Positions 29,258 to 38,617 of a stretch of DNA of 64,000 nt are shown here, in pieces. Both the position numbers and the translations under genes were made by a program. Within the stretch, counting starts at the first letter, position 1. Every line of letters starts with the position of its first letter. Below the pieces are notes generated by a model, which was not told the DNA's origin, did not search any database, and saw nothing but the letters and a program-made list of their open reading frames with translations. Where the stretch lies: the NCBI GenBank assembly GCA_040390045.1, contig JAZJZC010000005.1:3360-67359 (forward strand), read 5' to 3'. Source of the stretch: Patescibacteria group bacterium (GTDB lineage Bacteria; Patescibacteriota; Minisyncoccia; Phycocordibacterales; SIBU01).

Positions 29258-31627
29258 TTGAAAGTAGCACTTTTATGTGGTGGCCCGTCGTTAGAAAGGG
29301 GAATTTCCCTTAATTCGGCGCGCTCAGTGCTCGATCACTTGGAGTCCGAGGATGTGGAAATTGTCCCAATCTATTTTGATACTCGAAAGCGAGCCTATCG
29401 AGTTTCGCGATCCCAGTTGTACAGTAATACACCATCGGATTTTGATTTCAAATTGAGCGCGATGGCGGCCGAACTTTCACCCCAAGCGCTCATTAAATTA
29501 CTTAAGTCAGTTGATATCGCTTTTCCCGCCATGCATGGGCCATTTGGTGAAGATGGCGGTATTCAAAGTTTGCTTGAGAAAAATTCTATTCCGTTCGTTG
29601 GTTCTGATTCGAAATCTTGTAAAACCGCTTTTGATAAATTTTCAGCGAATGAATTTGTTCGCGGCCGTGGTTTTTTTACTTTTCCATCGCAGCTACTTAA
29701 AATCTACAACCAAGATCACCAGGCCGTTATTGAAAGTTTTTTTAAGGAGCACAAACTTTCCAAAGCTATTGTTAAACCGGCAACCGGAGGCTCAAGCATC
29801 GGCGTCTTCTGTGTCTCCAGTCCCAAGGAGGCGCTCGATCGTGTTCGATTTCTATTTTCCAAACGCATGGACACCCGGGTAGTGCTTGAACCGGTAGCCA
29901 CAGGTACGGAATTTACCACGATTGTTTTACAAAATAAGCACGGGCTTCCAGTAGCGCTTCCTCCAACTGAAATTGAAACTGATTATTCGGAAAACCAAAT
30001 TTTTGATTTTAGACGAAAGTATTTGCCGACACGGCAAGTGATTTGGCATTGTCCGCCGAGATTTCCCGAGGAAGTCATTGAGAAGATTCAAGCTCAGGCG
30101 GAGCAGATTTTTTCTCTTTTCAAAATGAGGGATTTTGCGCGATTTGATGGATGGGTATTGCCTGACGGCAATATCTGGTTTTGCGATTTCAACAGTATCA
30201 GTGGTATGGAGCAGAATAGTTTCTTGTTTCAACAAGCTTCGCGTGTCGGCCTCACTCATGCCCAAGTGCTGAGGTTTATTTTACAAAACGCCTGTAATCG
30301 TCACGAACTTTCACTGTCTGAAAAACCTCCCGTTGTATCTGGAAATTTTCCGAGAAAACCGGTTAATGTTATTTTTGGTGGCGACAGTTCGGAGCGACAG
30401 GTTTCCCTTATGAGTGGAACGAATGCTTGGTTGAAACTACGAAAATCTGAGCGCTATGACCCACAGGCTTTTCTGCTTGATATGAAGGGGGATGTCTGGC
30501 ACGTGCCATATCAATTGGCGCTTAATCATACCGTTGAGGAAATTGCACAAAATTGTGAAAATTATGCTGTCGCTCGAGAGCGATTGGCCAGTTTCGAAAA
30601 AAGGACACGCATCAAACTTGGCTTGGAGTACGACGCTGACCCACATGATTTTTTTGCGCCAAAGAAAATGAGTCTTGGAGAATTTATTAAACTTTCTCCG
30701 TTTGTGTTTATTGCGCTTCACGGAGGAAAAGGCGAAGACGGCTCCTTTCAAGCTCTGTTAGCCAACGAAAGCGTTTTGTTTAACGGTCCCGACGCCAAAG
30801 TTTCCAAGTTGTGCATCGACAAAAGAGCCACGTCTTTGTTTATCAAGGATTTAAATATCGACGGCATTATTCCTATTGCAGGAGAGGTGGCGGTACTCAG
30901 TGAACTTTTGAAATTAAAATCTAAAGAGTTGAATGATTTCTGGAAAAAAATTACAGAGAAAATTGGCACAGGAGCTATTATTGTAAAGCCCTCTGACGAT
31001 GGCTGTTCGACAGGTGTCGCGAGACTCGGTGGTTTTGAGGATTTTGAAAAATATATTGATTTTTTTCGACAAGAGGCGAAATTTATTCCGAAGGGTTATA
31101 TAAAAAACAAAGATGTGGTTGAATTGCCAACCAAAGCGCCACACGAGTTGCTGTTTGAAAAATTTATTGAGACTGATAAATTAAAAGTGGTTAATAATCA
31201 AATTAAACATGCTCGTAAAACCGGTTGGGTTGAAATAACGGTGGGGGTAGTGGCTATTGAGGATAAAATTTCAGTTCTTAATCCAAGTATTACCATTGTT
31301 GAAAGTGGAGTTTTGACGGTTGAAGAAAAATTTCAGGGAGGTACGGGTATTAATATCACTCCACCGCCTATAAGCATTTTGAAACCGTCGTCTCTCAAGC
31401 GGGTCAAAGATTTAATTAAAAAAGTCGCCTCAGGTGTCGGTATCAAAGGTTACTCACGAGTCGATGCGTTTATGAATGTAAACAATGGCGATGTGATGAT
31501 TATTGAAGTTAACACGCTTCCAGCGCTCACGCCGTCGACGGTGTTGTATCAGCAAGCGCTCGCAGAAAATCCTCCGATTTTCCCAACAAAACTTTTGGAG
31601 ATGCTTATTGAGAACAAGGGGTACTAA
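29258..31627 (+). CDS. ddl: tandem-fused double D-alanine-D-alanine-ligase-like protein (two complete Ddl/ATP-grasp modules, 789 aa; TTG start)
   Basis: Module 1 has KVALLCGGPSLERGISLNSA, AMHGPFGEDGGIQ, IVKPATGGSSIG and FCDFNSISGM. Module 2 has VNVIFGGDSSERQVSLMSG, IALHGGKGEDGSFQ, IIVKPSDDGCSTG and IIEVNTLPALT. Confidence 0.75.
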   Translation: MKVALLCGGPSLERGISLNSARSVLDHLESEDVEIVPIYFDTRKRAYRVSRSQLYSNTPSDFDFKLSAMAAELSPQALIKLLKSVDIAFPAMHGPFGEDGGIQSLLEKNSIPFVGSDSKSCKTAFDKFSANEFVRGRGFFTFPSQLLKIYNQDHQAVIESFFKEHKLSKAIVKPATGGSSIGVFCVSSPKEALDRVRFLFSKRMDTRVVLEPVATGTEFTTIVLQNKHGLPVALPPTEIETDYSENQIFDFRRKYLPTRQVIWHCPPRFPEEVIEKIQAQAEQIFSLFKMRDFARFDGWVLPDGNIWFCDFNSISGMEQNSFLFQQASRVGLTHAQVLRFILQNACNRHELSLSEKPPVVSGNFPRKPVNVIFGGDSSERQVSLMSGTNAWLKLRKSERYDPQAFLLDMKGDVWHVPYQLALNHTVEEIAQNCENYAVARERLASFEKRTRIKLGLEYDADPHDFFAPKKMSLGEFIKLSPFVFIALHGGKGEDGSFQALLANESVLFNGPDAKVSKLCIDKRATSLFIKDLNIDGIIPIAGEVAVLSELLKLKSKELNDFWKKITEKIGTGAIIVKPSDDGCSTGVARLGGFEDFEKYIDFFRQEAKFIPKGYIKNKDVVELPTKAPHELLFEKFIETDKLKVVNNQIKHARKTGWVEITVGVVAIEDKISVLNPSITIVESGVLTVEEKFQGGTGINITPPPISILKPSSLKRVKDLIKKVASGVGIKGYSRVDAFMNVNNGDVMIIEVNTLPALTPSTVLYQQALAENPPIFPTKLLEMLIENKGY

Positions 31628-31646
31628 AATCCTAAATAGGTTTAAA

Positions 31647-32189
31647 TTAAAACTTCATGTCGTACCAATCCAGCTTGTAGATTTCTTGAATGAGAATTCT
31701 TTCTCCTTTCGCCCAGGTTCTATTTTTTGCTAGATCAAGGAGCGTCAGGGCTTTTTGAATTTGTTCTTCGCTTCCACTTTCGATTTCCAGAAACGCGGGC
31801 ATGTTTGGGTACTCGTCAATATCAAATTGCCAATCTTTCAAAGTAAAAGAAATCCGATTTTTTTCCTGGTGAGCATATTTTTCTAATTGTAATTCTTCGA
31901 AAAGATCAGAAAGTTTTTCTGGTTCAGCTATGGAGAAATTAATTTCTTTGTGTTTGCGCGCAACACCGAGGATTTCTGATTTGGCTTTCCACGTTACCTC
32001 ATGTGTTCCCTGAGAATTAGATCGAATTCTTAAAAACCAGGGATCTGTGCCTTCTTTTGTTCCCACGGGTCGGTACCAATCGACTACAAGGCGAGTATCC
32101 TGGATTTTTTTCGCACTCAACGCAATCAATTTCGCTTTTATTTTTTCAGCATCAATATCTAAAACTTTGGTTTCAATTTCATGTGACAT
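31647..32189 (-). CDS. CYTH-domain protein (class IV adenylyl-cyclase/triphosphatase-like)
   Basis: N-terminal HEIETKVL and acidic EIE motifs characteristic of CYTH. Confidence 0.65.
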   Translation of the reverse strand: MSHEIETKVLDIDAEKIKAKLIALSAKKIQDTRLVVDWYRPVGTKEGTDPWFLRIRSNSQGTHEVTWKAKSEILGVARKHKEINFSIAEPEKLSDLFEELQLEKYAHQEKNRISFTLKDWQFDIDEYPNMPAFLEIESGSEEQIQKALTLLDLAKNRTWAKGERILIQEIYKLDWYDMKF

Positions 32190-32208
32190 AGAGTAGCATT
32201 ATAGTACG

Positions 32209-32772
32209 ATGTTAAAAAAACCGAAAATCAAAGTTATTCTGATACATGGTAACGGTGGGGGATGGCCAAAGGAAAATTGGTTGCCACCCGTTGCGGCTAA
32301 GCTTAAAAAGCTCGGGCTCGATGTGGCATTTAAGCAATTTCCCGACCCTGTGCTTGCTCGAGCAAAGTATTGGTTGCCGTTTATTAAAAAGTTGGGGGCT
32401 GATCAAAACACCATTCTAGTCGGACACTCCTCTGGTGCGGTTGCGGCAATGCGGTACGCAGAAAAAAATAAAATTTTAGGTTCGATTTTAGTTGCTACCT
32501 GTTATACCGATCTCGGCGAGCCAAATGAGAAAGTTAGTAAGTATTATGATAAGCCGTGGAATTGGAAAGCAATTAAAAATAATCAGCAATGGATTGTTCA
32601 GTTTGCTTCAGTTGATGATCGATTTATTCCGATTGCCGAAGCGCGGTTTGTCCATAAAAAATTGAAGACCGAGTATTATGAGTTTAAGCACCAAGGGCAT
32701 TTTTCTAGTTGGGATAAGAAAATTGATTTTCCGCAGATCATCTCGATAATTAAAAAGAAGCTGAAATTATAA
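32209..32772 (+). CDS. RBBP9/YdeN-like serine hydrolase (alpha/beta fold)
   Basis: ILIHGNGGG...VGHSSGA nucleophile elbow and a length of 187 aa. Confidence 0.65.
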   Translation: MLKKPKIKVILIHGNGGGWPKENWLPPVAAKLKKLGLDVAFKQFPDPVLARAKYWLPFIKKLGADQNTILVGHSSGAVAAMRYAEKNKILGSILVATCYTDLGEPNEKVSKYYDKPWNWKAIKNNQQWIVQFASVDDRFIPIAEARFVHKKLKTEYYEFKHQGHFSSWDKKIDFPQIISIIKKKLKL

Positions 32773-32843
32773 AAAGTACTGGAACACAAGTTAAAGTCAA
32801 TTGTCTATTGTATTAATATATAAGCATATGATAATATGTTTAC

Positions 32844-33149
32844 ATGAGCTTTTGTGATGAAATTCAAAAACTAGGAAAAGGCATCGGTACTGCGTCGAGG
32901 TATCAAATTATTGAGAGTTTGCTCTCAGGCCCTTTAACTGTGGGAGAAATTGTTAAAAAAGTAAAACTTTCCCAACCCGCTGTTTCCCAGCATTTAAAAA
33001 CCCTCAAGGCTTGTCAGCTTGTTTCCGATCAGAAAAGAGGAAAAGAGGTTTTTTACTCAATTAATGTGAAGCACATGGCGGATCTTCTGAAACATTTTAT
33101 GACCACTATTAACGAATGTCCGAAAGAAAAACTTAAAACTACAAAATAA
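32844..33149 (+). CDS. ArsR/SmtB-family transcriptional regulator
   Basis: The LSQPAVSQHLKTLKACQLV helix-turn-helix. Confidence 0.75.
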   Translation: MSFCDEIQKLGKGIGTASRYQIIESLLSGPLTVGEIVKKVKLSQPAVSQHLKTLKACQLVSDQKRGKEVFYSINVKHMADLLKHFMTTINECPKEKLKTTK

Positions 33150-33150
33150 C

Positions 33151-33753
33151 ATGTATAACACCCTTGCCTCTAAAAAATCTGTTGAGAAAACTATCGCTGG
33201 CTTAAAATCAACCGGCATCGAAGCTATGTTTGTCGAAAGCGGAGTTGAGGCAAAAAAGAAGGTTTTGGAAATAATTCCGGCGGGGGCTGAAGTGATGAAC
33301 ATGACCTCGATAACTCTTGAAACGATTGGAGTTGTAGATGAAATCAACCAATCCGGAAAATTTAATTCCGTGCGAAATAAATTGATGGACAAAGACGTTG
33401 CTCCCCGTGAAAAAAAGCGTCTCGGTGCGGCGCCCGAATGGACTGTCGGTAGTGTTCACGCGGTGACAGAAAACGGTGAAGTGATGATCGCTTCAAATAC
33501 CGGAAGTCAGTTGCCTGCCTATGCCTATGGAGCGGATCATGTCATCTGGGTTGTGGGTACGCAAAAAATTGTTAAAGATTTGGATGAAGGACACAAGCGC
33601 ATTTATGAGCACGTCTTACCACTTGAGAGTGAGAGAGCCCACAAAGCCTACGGTGTTCCCGGCAGTTTTGTTAGCAAAATTTTGGTTGTAAACAAAGAGG
33701 TTCAGCCAGAAAGGATTACGTTGATTTTTGTTGGGGAGAATTTGGGGTTCTAA
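33151..33753 (+). CDS. LUD-domain (LutC/YkgG-like, DUF162) protein
   Basis: 200 aa; LUD-like pattern with conserved G/T-rich segments. Translationally coupled to the ArsR gene. Confidence 0.6.
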   Translation: MYNTLASKKSVEKTIAGLKSTGIEAMFVESGVEAKKKVLEIIPAGAEVMNMTSITLETIGVVDEINQSGKFNSVRNKLMDKDVAPREKKRLGAAPEWTVGSVHAVTENGEVMIASNTGSQLPAYAYGADHVIWVVGTQKIVKDLDEGHKRIYEHVLPLESERAHKAYGVPGSFVSKILVVNKEVQPERITLIFVGENLGF

Positions 33754-33796
33754 TGGGTAGATTCAGGATTCAAGATTTAGGATTCATGAATAAGAC

Positions 33797-33836
33797 AGGG
33801 AGAATAGAAAAACTCCCCGATTCGCTTCGCGAATCG
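33797..33836 (+). terminator. rho-independent terminator
   Basis: AAAAACTCCCCGATTCGC/GCGAATCGGGGAGTTTTT. Confidence 0.65.
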
Positions 33837-33905
33837 GGGAGTTTTTCTCAATTTCCCAAAATAAAAAACCTGCCACAGAGTAGCAGATTGAATCACATCG
33901 GTTCG

Positions 33906-34481
33906 TTAGTCGAGAAAATCTTTATCACCGTCTGTTCCGTCTTTGTGCAGTTTCCATGCGTGGTAGGAAAGAGCAATGCACGCGTCGGCGGTGATGCCCG
34001 AAAATAGGCGGTCCAAATAGGCTTGGATGCCGGAGCAGGCAACGACAATACCTTGCCTCTTGACCCCGCCCCAGTAAACCACGTCTCCTGGAAAAAGCAG
34101 ATGGGGAGTTATGTCACTTCCGCCATCCTGGCGGTCCAGCCAGAGTTGTTGAGCCTTACCCAGGGCCATCTCAGCGTAGTCACCGGTCCAGATTCCTTTG
34201 TCACCGATTGTTTCCTGATACAGGAGGTGAGGTTGAACTGAACCTATTACCCGATTGGCGTCGTAACCACTATTGGTTAGCGTGTTGTTGTATTCGAGTT
34301 TCGGTACAAGTACAACAATGTGGAACGATTGACGTTTGAGAGCATTTAGTAGGTAGGGGCAACTTAGCGTTGCAACCGCGATTTGTACTGCCTGTTTGGC
34401 AATATCTTGCGTCAGAAACTTAGGTAGACGACATTCAGTCATAAAAAGTTCAAGGTGTGTTTCTGCGACAAACCCTAACAC
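33906..34481 (-). CDS. hypothetical protein (higher GC than neighbours)
   Basis: 191-aa ORF with protein-like composition and no confident family assignment. Confidence 0.4.
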   Translation of the reverse strand: MLGFVAETHLELFMTECRLPKFLTQDIAKQAVQIAVATLSCPYLLNALKRQSFHIVVLVPKLEYNNTLTNSGYDANRVIGSVQPHLLYQETIGDKGIWTGDYAEMALGKAQQLWLDRQDGGSDITPHLLFPGDVVYWGGVKRQGIVVACSGIQAYLDRLFSGITADACIALSYHAWKLHKDGTDGDKDFLD

Positions 34482-34561
34482 ACTTTAAGTGTAAGTCAAT
34501 GTTTGATTAATTATTACTGTAGTGGCTTGAAAACATCAAATTATTGCTGTACTCTAGGCAG

Positions 34562-37144
34562 ATGCAGAAAAATTCTAAAAAATCAGTCCGGTTGTCAGCT
34601 GATATTGCCCCAAAAAGATACGCGATCAAATTGAAGCCCGATCTTGAAAAATTTATATTTGAAGGAGAGGAGGTCATTACAATCATTGTTGGAAAAGCTA
34701 CACAAACACTCACGCTTCACTCAAAGGAGCTCGATATTGAAGTGGCGGAAGTTACTCATGGAAAAGATAAAAATTTTGCTGGAAAAATTTCGTACAATGA
34801 AAAAGCAGAAACAGTCACGCTCACATTTCCAGAATTAATTCCAAAAGGTCAGGCTAAATTAAAATTAGTTTTCCGCGGCGTTCTCAACGACAAACTTCGC
34901 GGATTTTATCGCAGTCAATATGAAGTTGCTGGAACGAAGCGTCACATGGCCACAACCCAGTTTGAATCAACCGATGCTCGTCGAGCGTTTCCATGTTTTG
35001 ATGAGCCGGCGCACAAAGCTATTTTTGATGTCACGCTTTTGGTGCCGACTCACACCGTAGCGATTTCAAACACTTTACCGATTTCCGAGGAGGAGCGCGA
35101 TGGTTTGCGAGAGGTAATTTTTGCGCCGACACCAAAAATGTCGACCTATCTTTTGGCTTTTATCATTGGTGAATTTGAGCACATCGAAACAAAGACTAAA
35201 GAGGGAACATTGGTAAGAGTCTTCGTCACGCCCGGCAAAAAACACCAAGCAGAATTTGCGCTTGAATGCGCCGCTAAAACACTTTCTTTCTATAACCAAT
35301 ATTTTGATATTCCGTATCCGCTTCCAGTTCTCGATATGATCGCTATTCCCGATTTTTCGGCAGGAGCTATGGAAAATTGGGGCGCGATTACCTACAGGGA
35401 GTCGGCTCTTTTGGTTGACCCCAAAAACACCTCAGCCGCTTCAAAGCAGTGGGTGGCGCTAGTCATTGCCCATGAAATTGCGCATCAATGGTTCGGTAAT
35501 TTAGTGACGATGGAATGGTGGACGCACTTGTGGCTGAACGAAGGTTTTGCGTCATACATCGAATATCTAGCGGTAGACAAACTTTTTCCAAAATGGAACA
35601 TCTGGACGCAGTTTGCCTATCTTGATCTTTCATCTGCACTCGGACTCGATGCTCTGAAACATACGCATCCAATTGAAATCGATGTGCATCACCCTTCAGA
35701 AATTGCCGAAATTTTTGATGAGGTGTCGTATTCAAAAGGTGCGTCGGTGATCAGAATGCTCGCGGACTATCTGGGTGAAAAAGATTTTCGTGACGGGTTG
35801 CGATTGTATTTGAAAAAACACAGTTATGCCAACGCCTCGACCATTTATCTCTGGCAAGCCTTTGCCAAGGTTTCCAAAAAACCGGTAGAAAAAATTATGA
35901 AAAATTGGACAGGCAAGGGTGGGTATCCTGTAGTTTCGGTTTCGGAAGAAAAAGGTAAACTTTTACTCTCGCAAAAAAGATTTTTCTCAAATCCAGTTTC
36001 AGCGAAGTTGCACAAGGAAAAAACAACGTGGACTGTGCCCATTTCAGTACTATCAAGTGCCGGTAAAATAGAAAAGTTTTTACTCGACGCTTCGCAAGCC
36101 TCCCAAAAGTTGCCTGCAGGCTCTTGGTACAAAATTAATCCAAATGAGAGTAGCTTTTTCCGTACGGCCTATTCGCCTGAGCTACTGGGACGATTTAAAA
36201 TTCCACTTTCCAAAAACAAGCTTTCAACCCTTGATCGATTTGGTTTAGTCCGCGATAGTTTTGCGCTTGCCGAAGGCGGAATAGTTTCAGTGACCGATGC
36301 GCTTTCTCTGGTCTGTCAATATACAAATGAAGAGAGTTACACCATTTGGGCTGAGCTTTCTGGACGTTTGCAAAAAATTAAGCGTCTTATACAAAATCAA
36401 TCATATACAGAAAACTACCGTCAATTTGTTCTTGCGATTTTTGAAAAAGCGGTACAAAGAGTAGGATGGCAAGCCAAATCTTCTGATGGTCATGAGGACG
36501 TACTTCTCCGCAGTTTAATTTTAGGTACGGCAGGAGATTATGGTCATAGTGCAACGGTCGCGATGGCCAAAAAAATGATGAATGATTTTTTGTACAAACA
36601 GAAACCAGTGCCTGCTGATATTCGCGGCGCGGTTTATGGTATTGCGGCAGAGTTCGGAAATGAAAAAGATTTCCGGAAAATTTTGGCTTTGTACCGAGGA
36701 GAAAAATTACATGAAGAGCAGGGGAGACTTGGCCGGGCGTTGGCGGGCTTTAAAAATAAAAAACTTTTAAGTGAAGTTTTGACGTTTGCGCTTTCAAAGG
36801 ACGTTCGTGGGCAGGACGCGCTCAGTCTCGTTGCGTCAGTTTTGGGTAACCCAGCGGGAAGTGATTTAGCCTGGGCATTCCTCAAGAAAAACTGGCCAAC
36901 TTTTCTCGAGCGATTCGGTGATGGTGGTCATCAACTTTCCAGATTGATTAAAACCTGTGTCGTTTTCAGTACGCGTGAGGCGTATACTGATATCAAGACC
37001 TTTTTCAAAACTCACCCAGCTCCCGGTGCTTCTCGAGCTGTTGAGCAGGCACTTGAAAAAATCGATGGGAATATTAGGTGGCTTGAGAGAGATGGTAAAA
37101 AAATAGAAGAATTTTTAAAGAATTATGAAAAAAATCTGGTTTAA
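34562..37144 (+). CDS. pepN: aminopeptidase N (M1 family); the ORF track offers a TTG start at 34544
   Basis: GAMENWG exopeptidase motif, HEIAHQWFGNLVTMEWW zincin motif, NEGFAS and a C-terminal ERAP1-like domain. Confidence 0.9.
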   Translation: MQKNSKKSVRLSADIAPKRYAIKLKPDLEKFIFEGEEVITIIVGKATQTLTLHSKELDIEVAEVTHGKDKNFAGKISYNEKAETVTLTFPELIPKGQAKLKLVFRGVLNDKLRGFYRSQYEVAGTKRHMATTQFESTDARRAFPCFDEPAHKAIFDVTLLVPTHTVAISNTLPISEEERDGLREVIFAPTPKMSTYLLAFIIGEFEHIETKTKEGTLVRVFVTPGKKHQAEFALECAAKTLSFYNQYFDIPYPLPVLDMIAIPDFSAGAMENWGAITYRESALLVDPKNTSAASKQWVALVIAHEIAHQWFGNLVTMEWWTHLWLNEGFASYIEYLAVDKLFPKWNIWTQFAYLDLSSALGLDALKHTHPIEIDVHHPSEIAEIFDEVSYSKGASVIRMLADYLGEKDFRDGLRLYLKKHSYANASTIYLWQAFAKVSKKPVEKIMKNWTGKGGYPVVSVSEEKGKLLLSQKRFFSNPVSAKLHKEKTTWTVPISVLSSAGKIEKFLLDASQASQKLPAGSWYKINPNESSFFRTAYSPELLGRFKIPLSKNKLSTLDRFGLVRDSFALAEGGIVSVTDALSLVCQYTNEESYTIWAELSGRLQKIKRLIQNQSYTENYRQFVLAIFEKAVQRVGWQAKSSDGHEDVLLRSLILGTAGDYGHSATVAMAKKMMNDFLYKQKPVPADIRGAVYGIAAEFGNEKDFRKILALYRGEKLHEEQGRLGRALAGFKNKKLLSEVLTFALSKDVRGQDALSLVASVLGNPAGSDLAWAFLKKNWPTFLERFGDGGHQLSRLIKTCVVFSTREAYTDIKTFFKTHPAPGASRAVEQALEKIDGNIRWLERDGKKIEEFLKNYEKNLV

Positions 37145-37937
37145 AAGAAAAAAATACGGATGGGGGTGGACATTTGGAACATGGGAAAGCTACGCTGTTT
37201 TAGCACTCTATGTGTTGCTCTTGGTCTACATTTTTCGCTTAGTCGACTTAGGTTCCCACTCTGGAAGTGACACGTTACTGAATTTTGCCCCGAGATTTTT
37301 GCTGTTAACCACGGCTCTGTATCTTCTGTGCTGGTTGAAAGGAGAGAAGCCTGAGTGGTCATCCCTTCGAAAAACTCAGGACAAGTGGGGTGAAGAAAAA
37401 AAGGGTTTACGAGATATTTTACGAGGCGGCGGAGTTGCGGTGATTCCAACTGATACAACTTACGGGATTGTTGGTTCGGCACTTAATGAAAGAACGGTCA
37501 ATGAAATTTACCGGTTGCGCAAGCGAGATTTAAATAAACCGTTTATTGTTTTGATTGCTGACAAGAAAGACTTGAAAAAGTTTGGTGTGATACCGACTGA
37601 GGCACAGGAAAAAATTCTAAGAAAAGTTTGGCCGGGCCCAGTCAGTGTGATTCTGCCGTGCAATTCAGAAAGATTTGCGTATCTTCATCGTGGAAAAAAC
37701 TCGCTTGCGTTTCGCGTACCTGTGCGGCATGAACTTCAGTCACTTCTTGGCGATGCCGGACCCCTCGTTGCTCCGTCAGCTAATCCGCAAGGTCATCTCG
37801 TTGCTAAAAATATTTCCGAGGCGAGGGCATACTTCGGACACCATGTTGATTTCTATCAAGATGGTGGGGAAGTCACCGCATCTCCCTCGCGACTTATTGA
37901 TATCACTGACGATACTGAAAAAGTTTTACGCGCTTAA
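37125..37937 (+). CDS. tsaC: L-threonylcarbamoyladenylate synthase (TsaC/YrdC domain) with an N-terminal two-helix membrane anchor
   Basis: VAVIPTDTTYG and LVAPSANPQG YrdC motifs. N-terminal hydrophobic helices AVLALYVLLLVYIF and FLLLTTALYLLCWL. Confidence 0.7.
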   Translation: MKKIWFKRKKYGWGWTFGTWESYAVLALYVLLLVYIFRLVDLGSHSGSDTLLNFAPRFLLLTTALYLLCWLKGEKPEWSSLRKTQDKWGEEKKGLRDILRGGGVAVIPTDTTYGIVGSALNERTVNEIYRLRKRDLNKPFIVLIADKKDLKKFGVIPTEAQEKILRKVWPGPVSVILPCNSERFAYLHRGKNSLAFRVPVRHELQSLLGDAGPLVAPSANPQGHLVAKNISEARAYFGHHVDFYQDGGEVTASPSRLIDITDDTEKVLRA

Positions 37938-37975
37938 ATTTCTAAAGAAAAACACCCAGTAATTACAGGGTGTTG

Positions 37976-38617
37976 CTACAAATAATTGGGAACAAGAACT
38001 TTTCCGTGACCATGCAATGTGTCAATTGCCACACCAGCAGCACAGGCTGGGCACTCACTTAGCCCTGCGTTGTAGGTCGGTAGGTTCAAGCGTATCAAAG
38101 TCTCAAACCTTTGTATTCCCAGATCACTCGCGGTAATTCCACCACGATCGGCAATGGCACAAGCTCCGACAACATCTCCTTTGGCCTTGCGCGTGATTTC
38201 GATTGCATCTCGGACACTTCCACCTTTTGTGACAATATCTTCTGCCACCAAGGTTCGCCTTCCGCGGATGTATTTGTCGAAGTCCCGTTTGATCTCGAAG
38301 CCACCACTATCCTTTTTGTCGGCAAAAACCGCAAAGACTTCACAACCAGTAAGTATGGTTAAGTGGTGCGCAATCCACTGAGATAGAGCAACTCCAGCGA
38401 CTGCTGGCGCAACAACTGTTTCAACGTGGTCGTCAACAAAGAGCTCAGCCATGGCATGGCACAACCTTTTTAATACTAGAGTGCGAGCTAACAGATGACC
38501 TTTTTCAAGGTAGCCCGTTGAGTGGAGACCGGAACGCAGAATGAAGTGCCCATTTATGAGCACGCCGCACTCTTCAAAAATCCTAAGGATTTCAGACTCA
38601 CTAAGATTTCCTTGCAT
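37976..38617 (-). CDS. pyrE: orotate phosphoribosyltransferase-like type I PRTase
   Basis: INGHFILRSGLHSTGY and the LVAEDIVTKGGS PRPP-binding motif. High-GC block, adjacent to pyrF. Confidence 0.6.
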   Translation of the reverse strand: MQGNLSESEILRIFEECGVLINGHFILRSGLHSTGYLEKGHLLARTLVLKRLCHAMAELFVDDHVETVVAPAVAGVALSQWIAHHLTILTGCEVFAVFADKKDSGGFEIKRDFDKYIRGRRTLVAEDIVTKGGSVRDAIEITRKAKGDVVGACAIADRGGITASDLGIQRFETLIRLNLPTYNAGLSECPACAAGVAIDTLHGHGKVLVPNYL

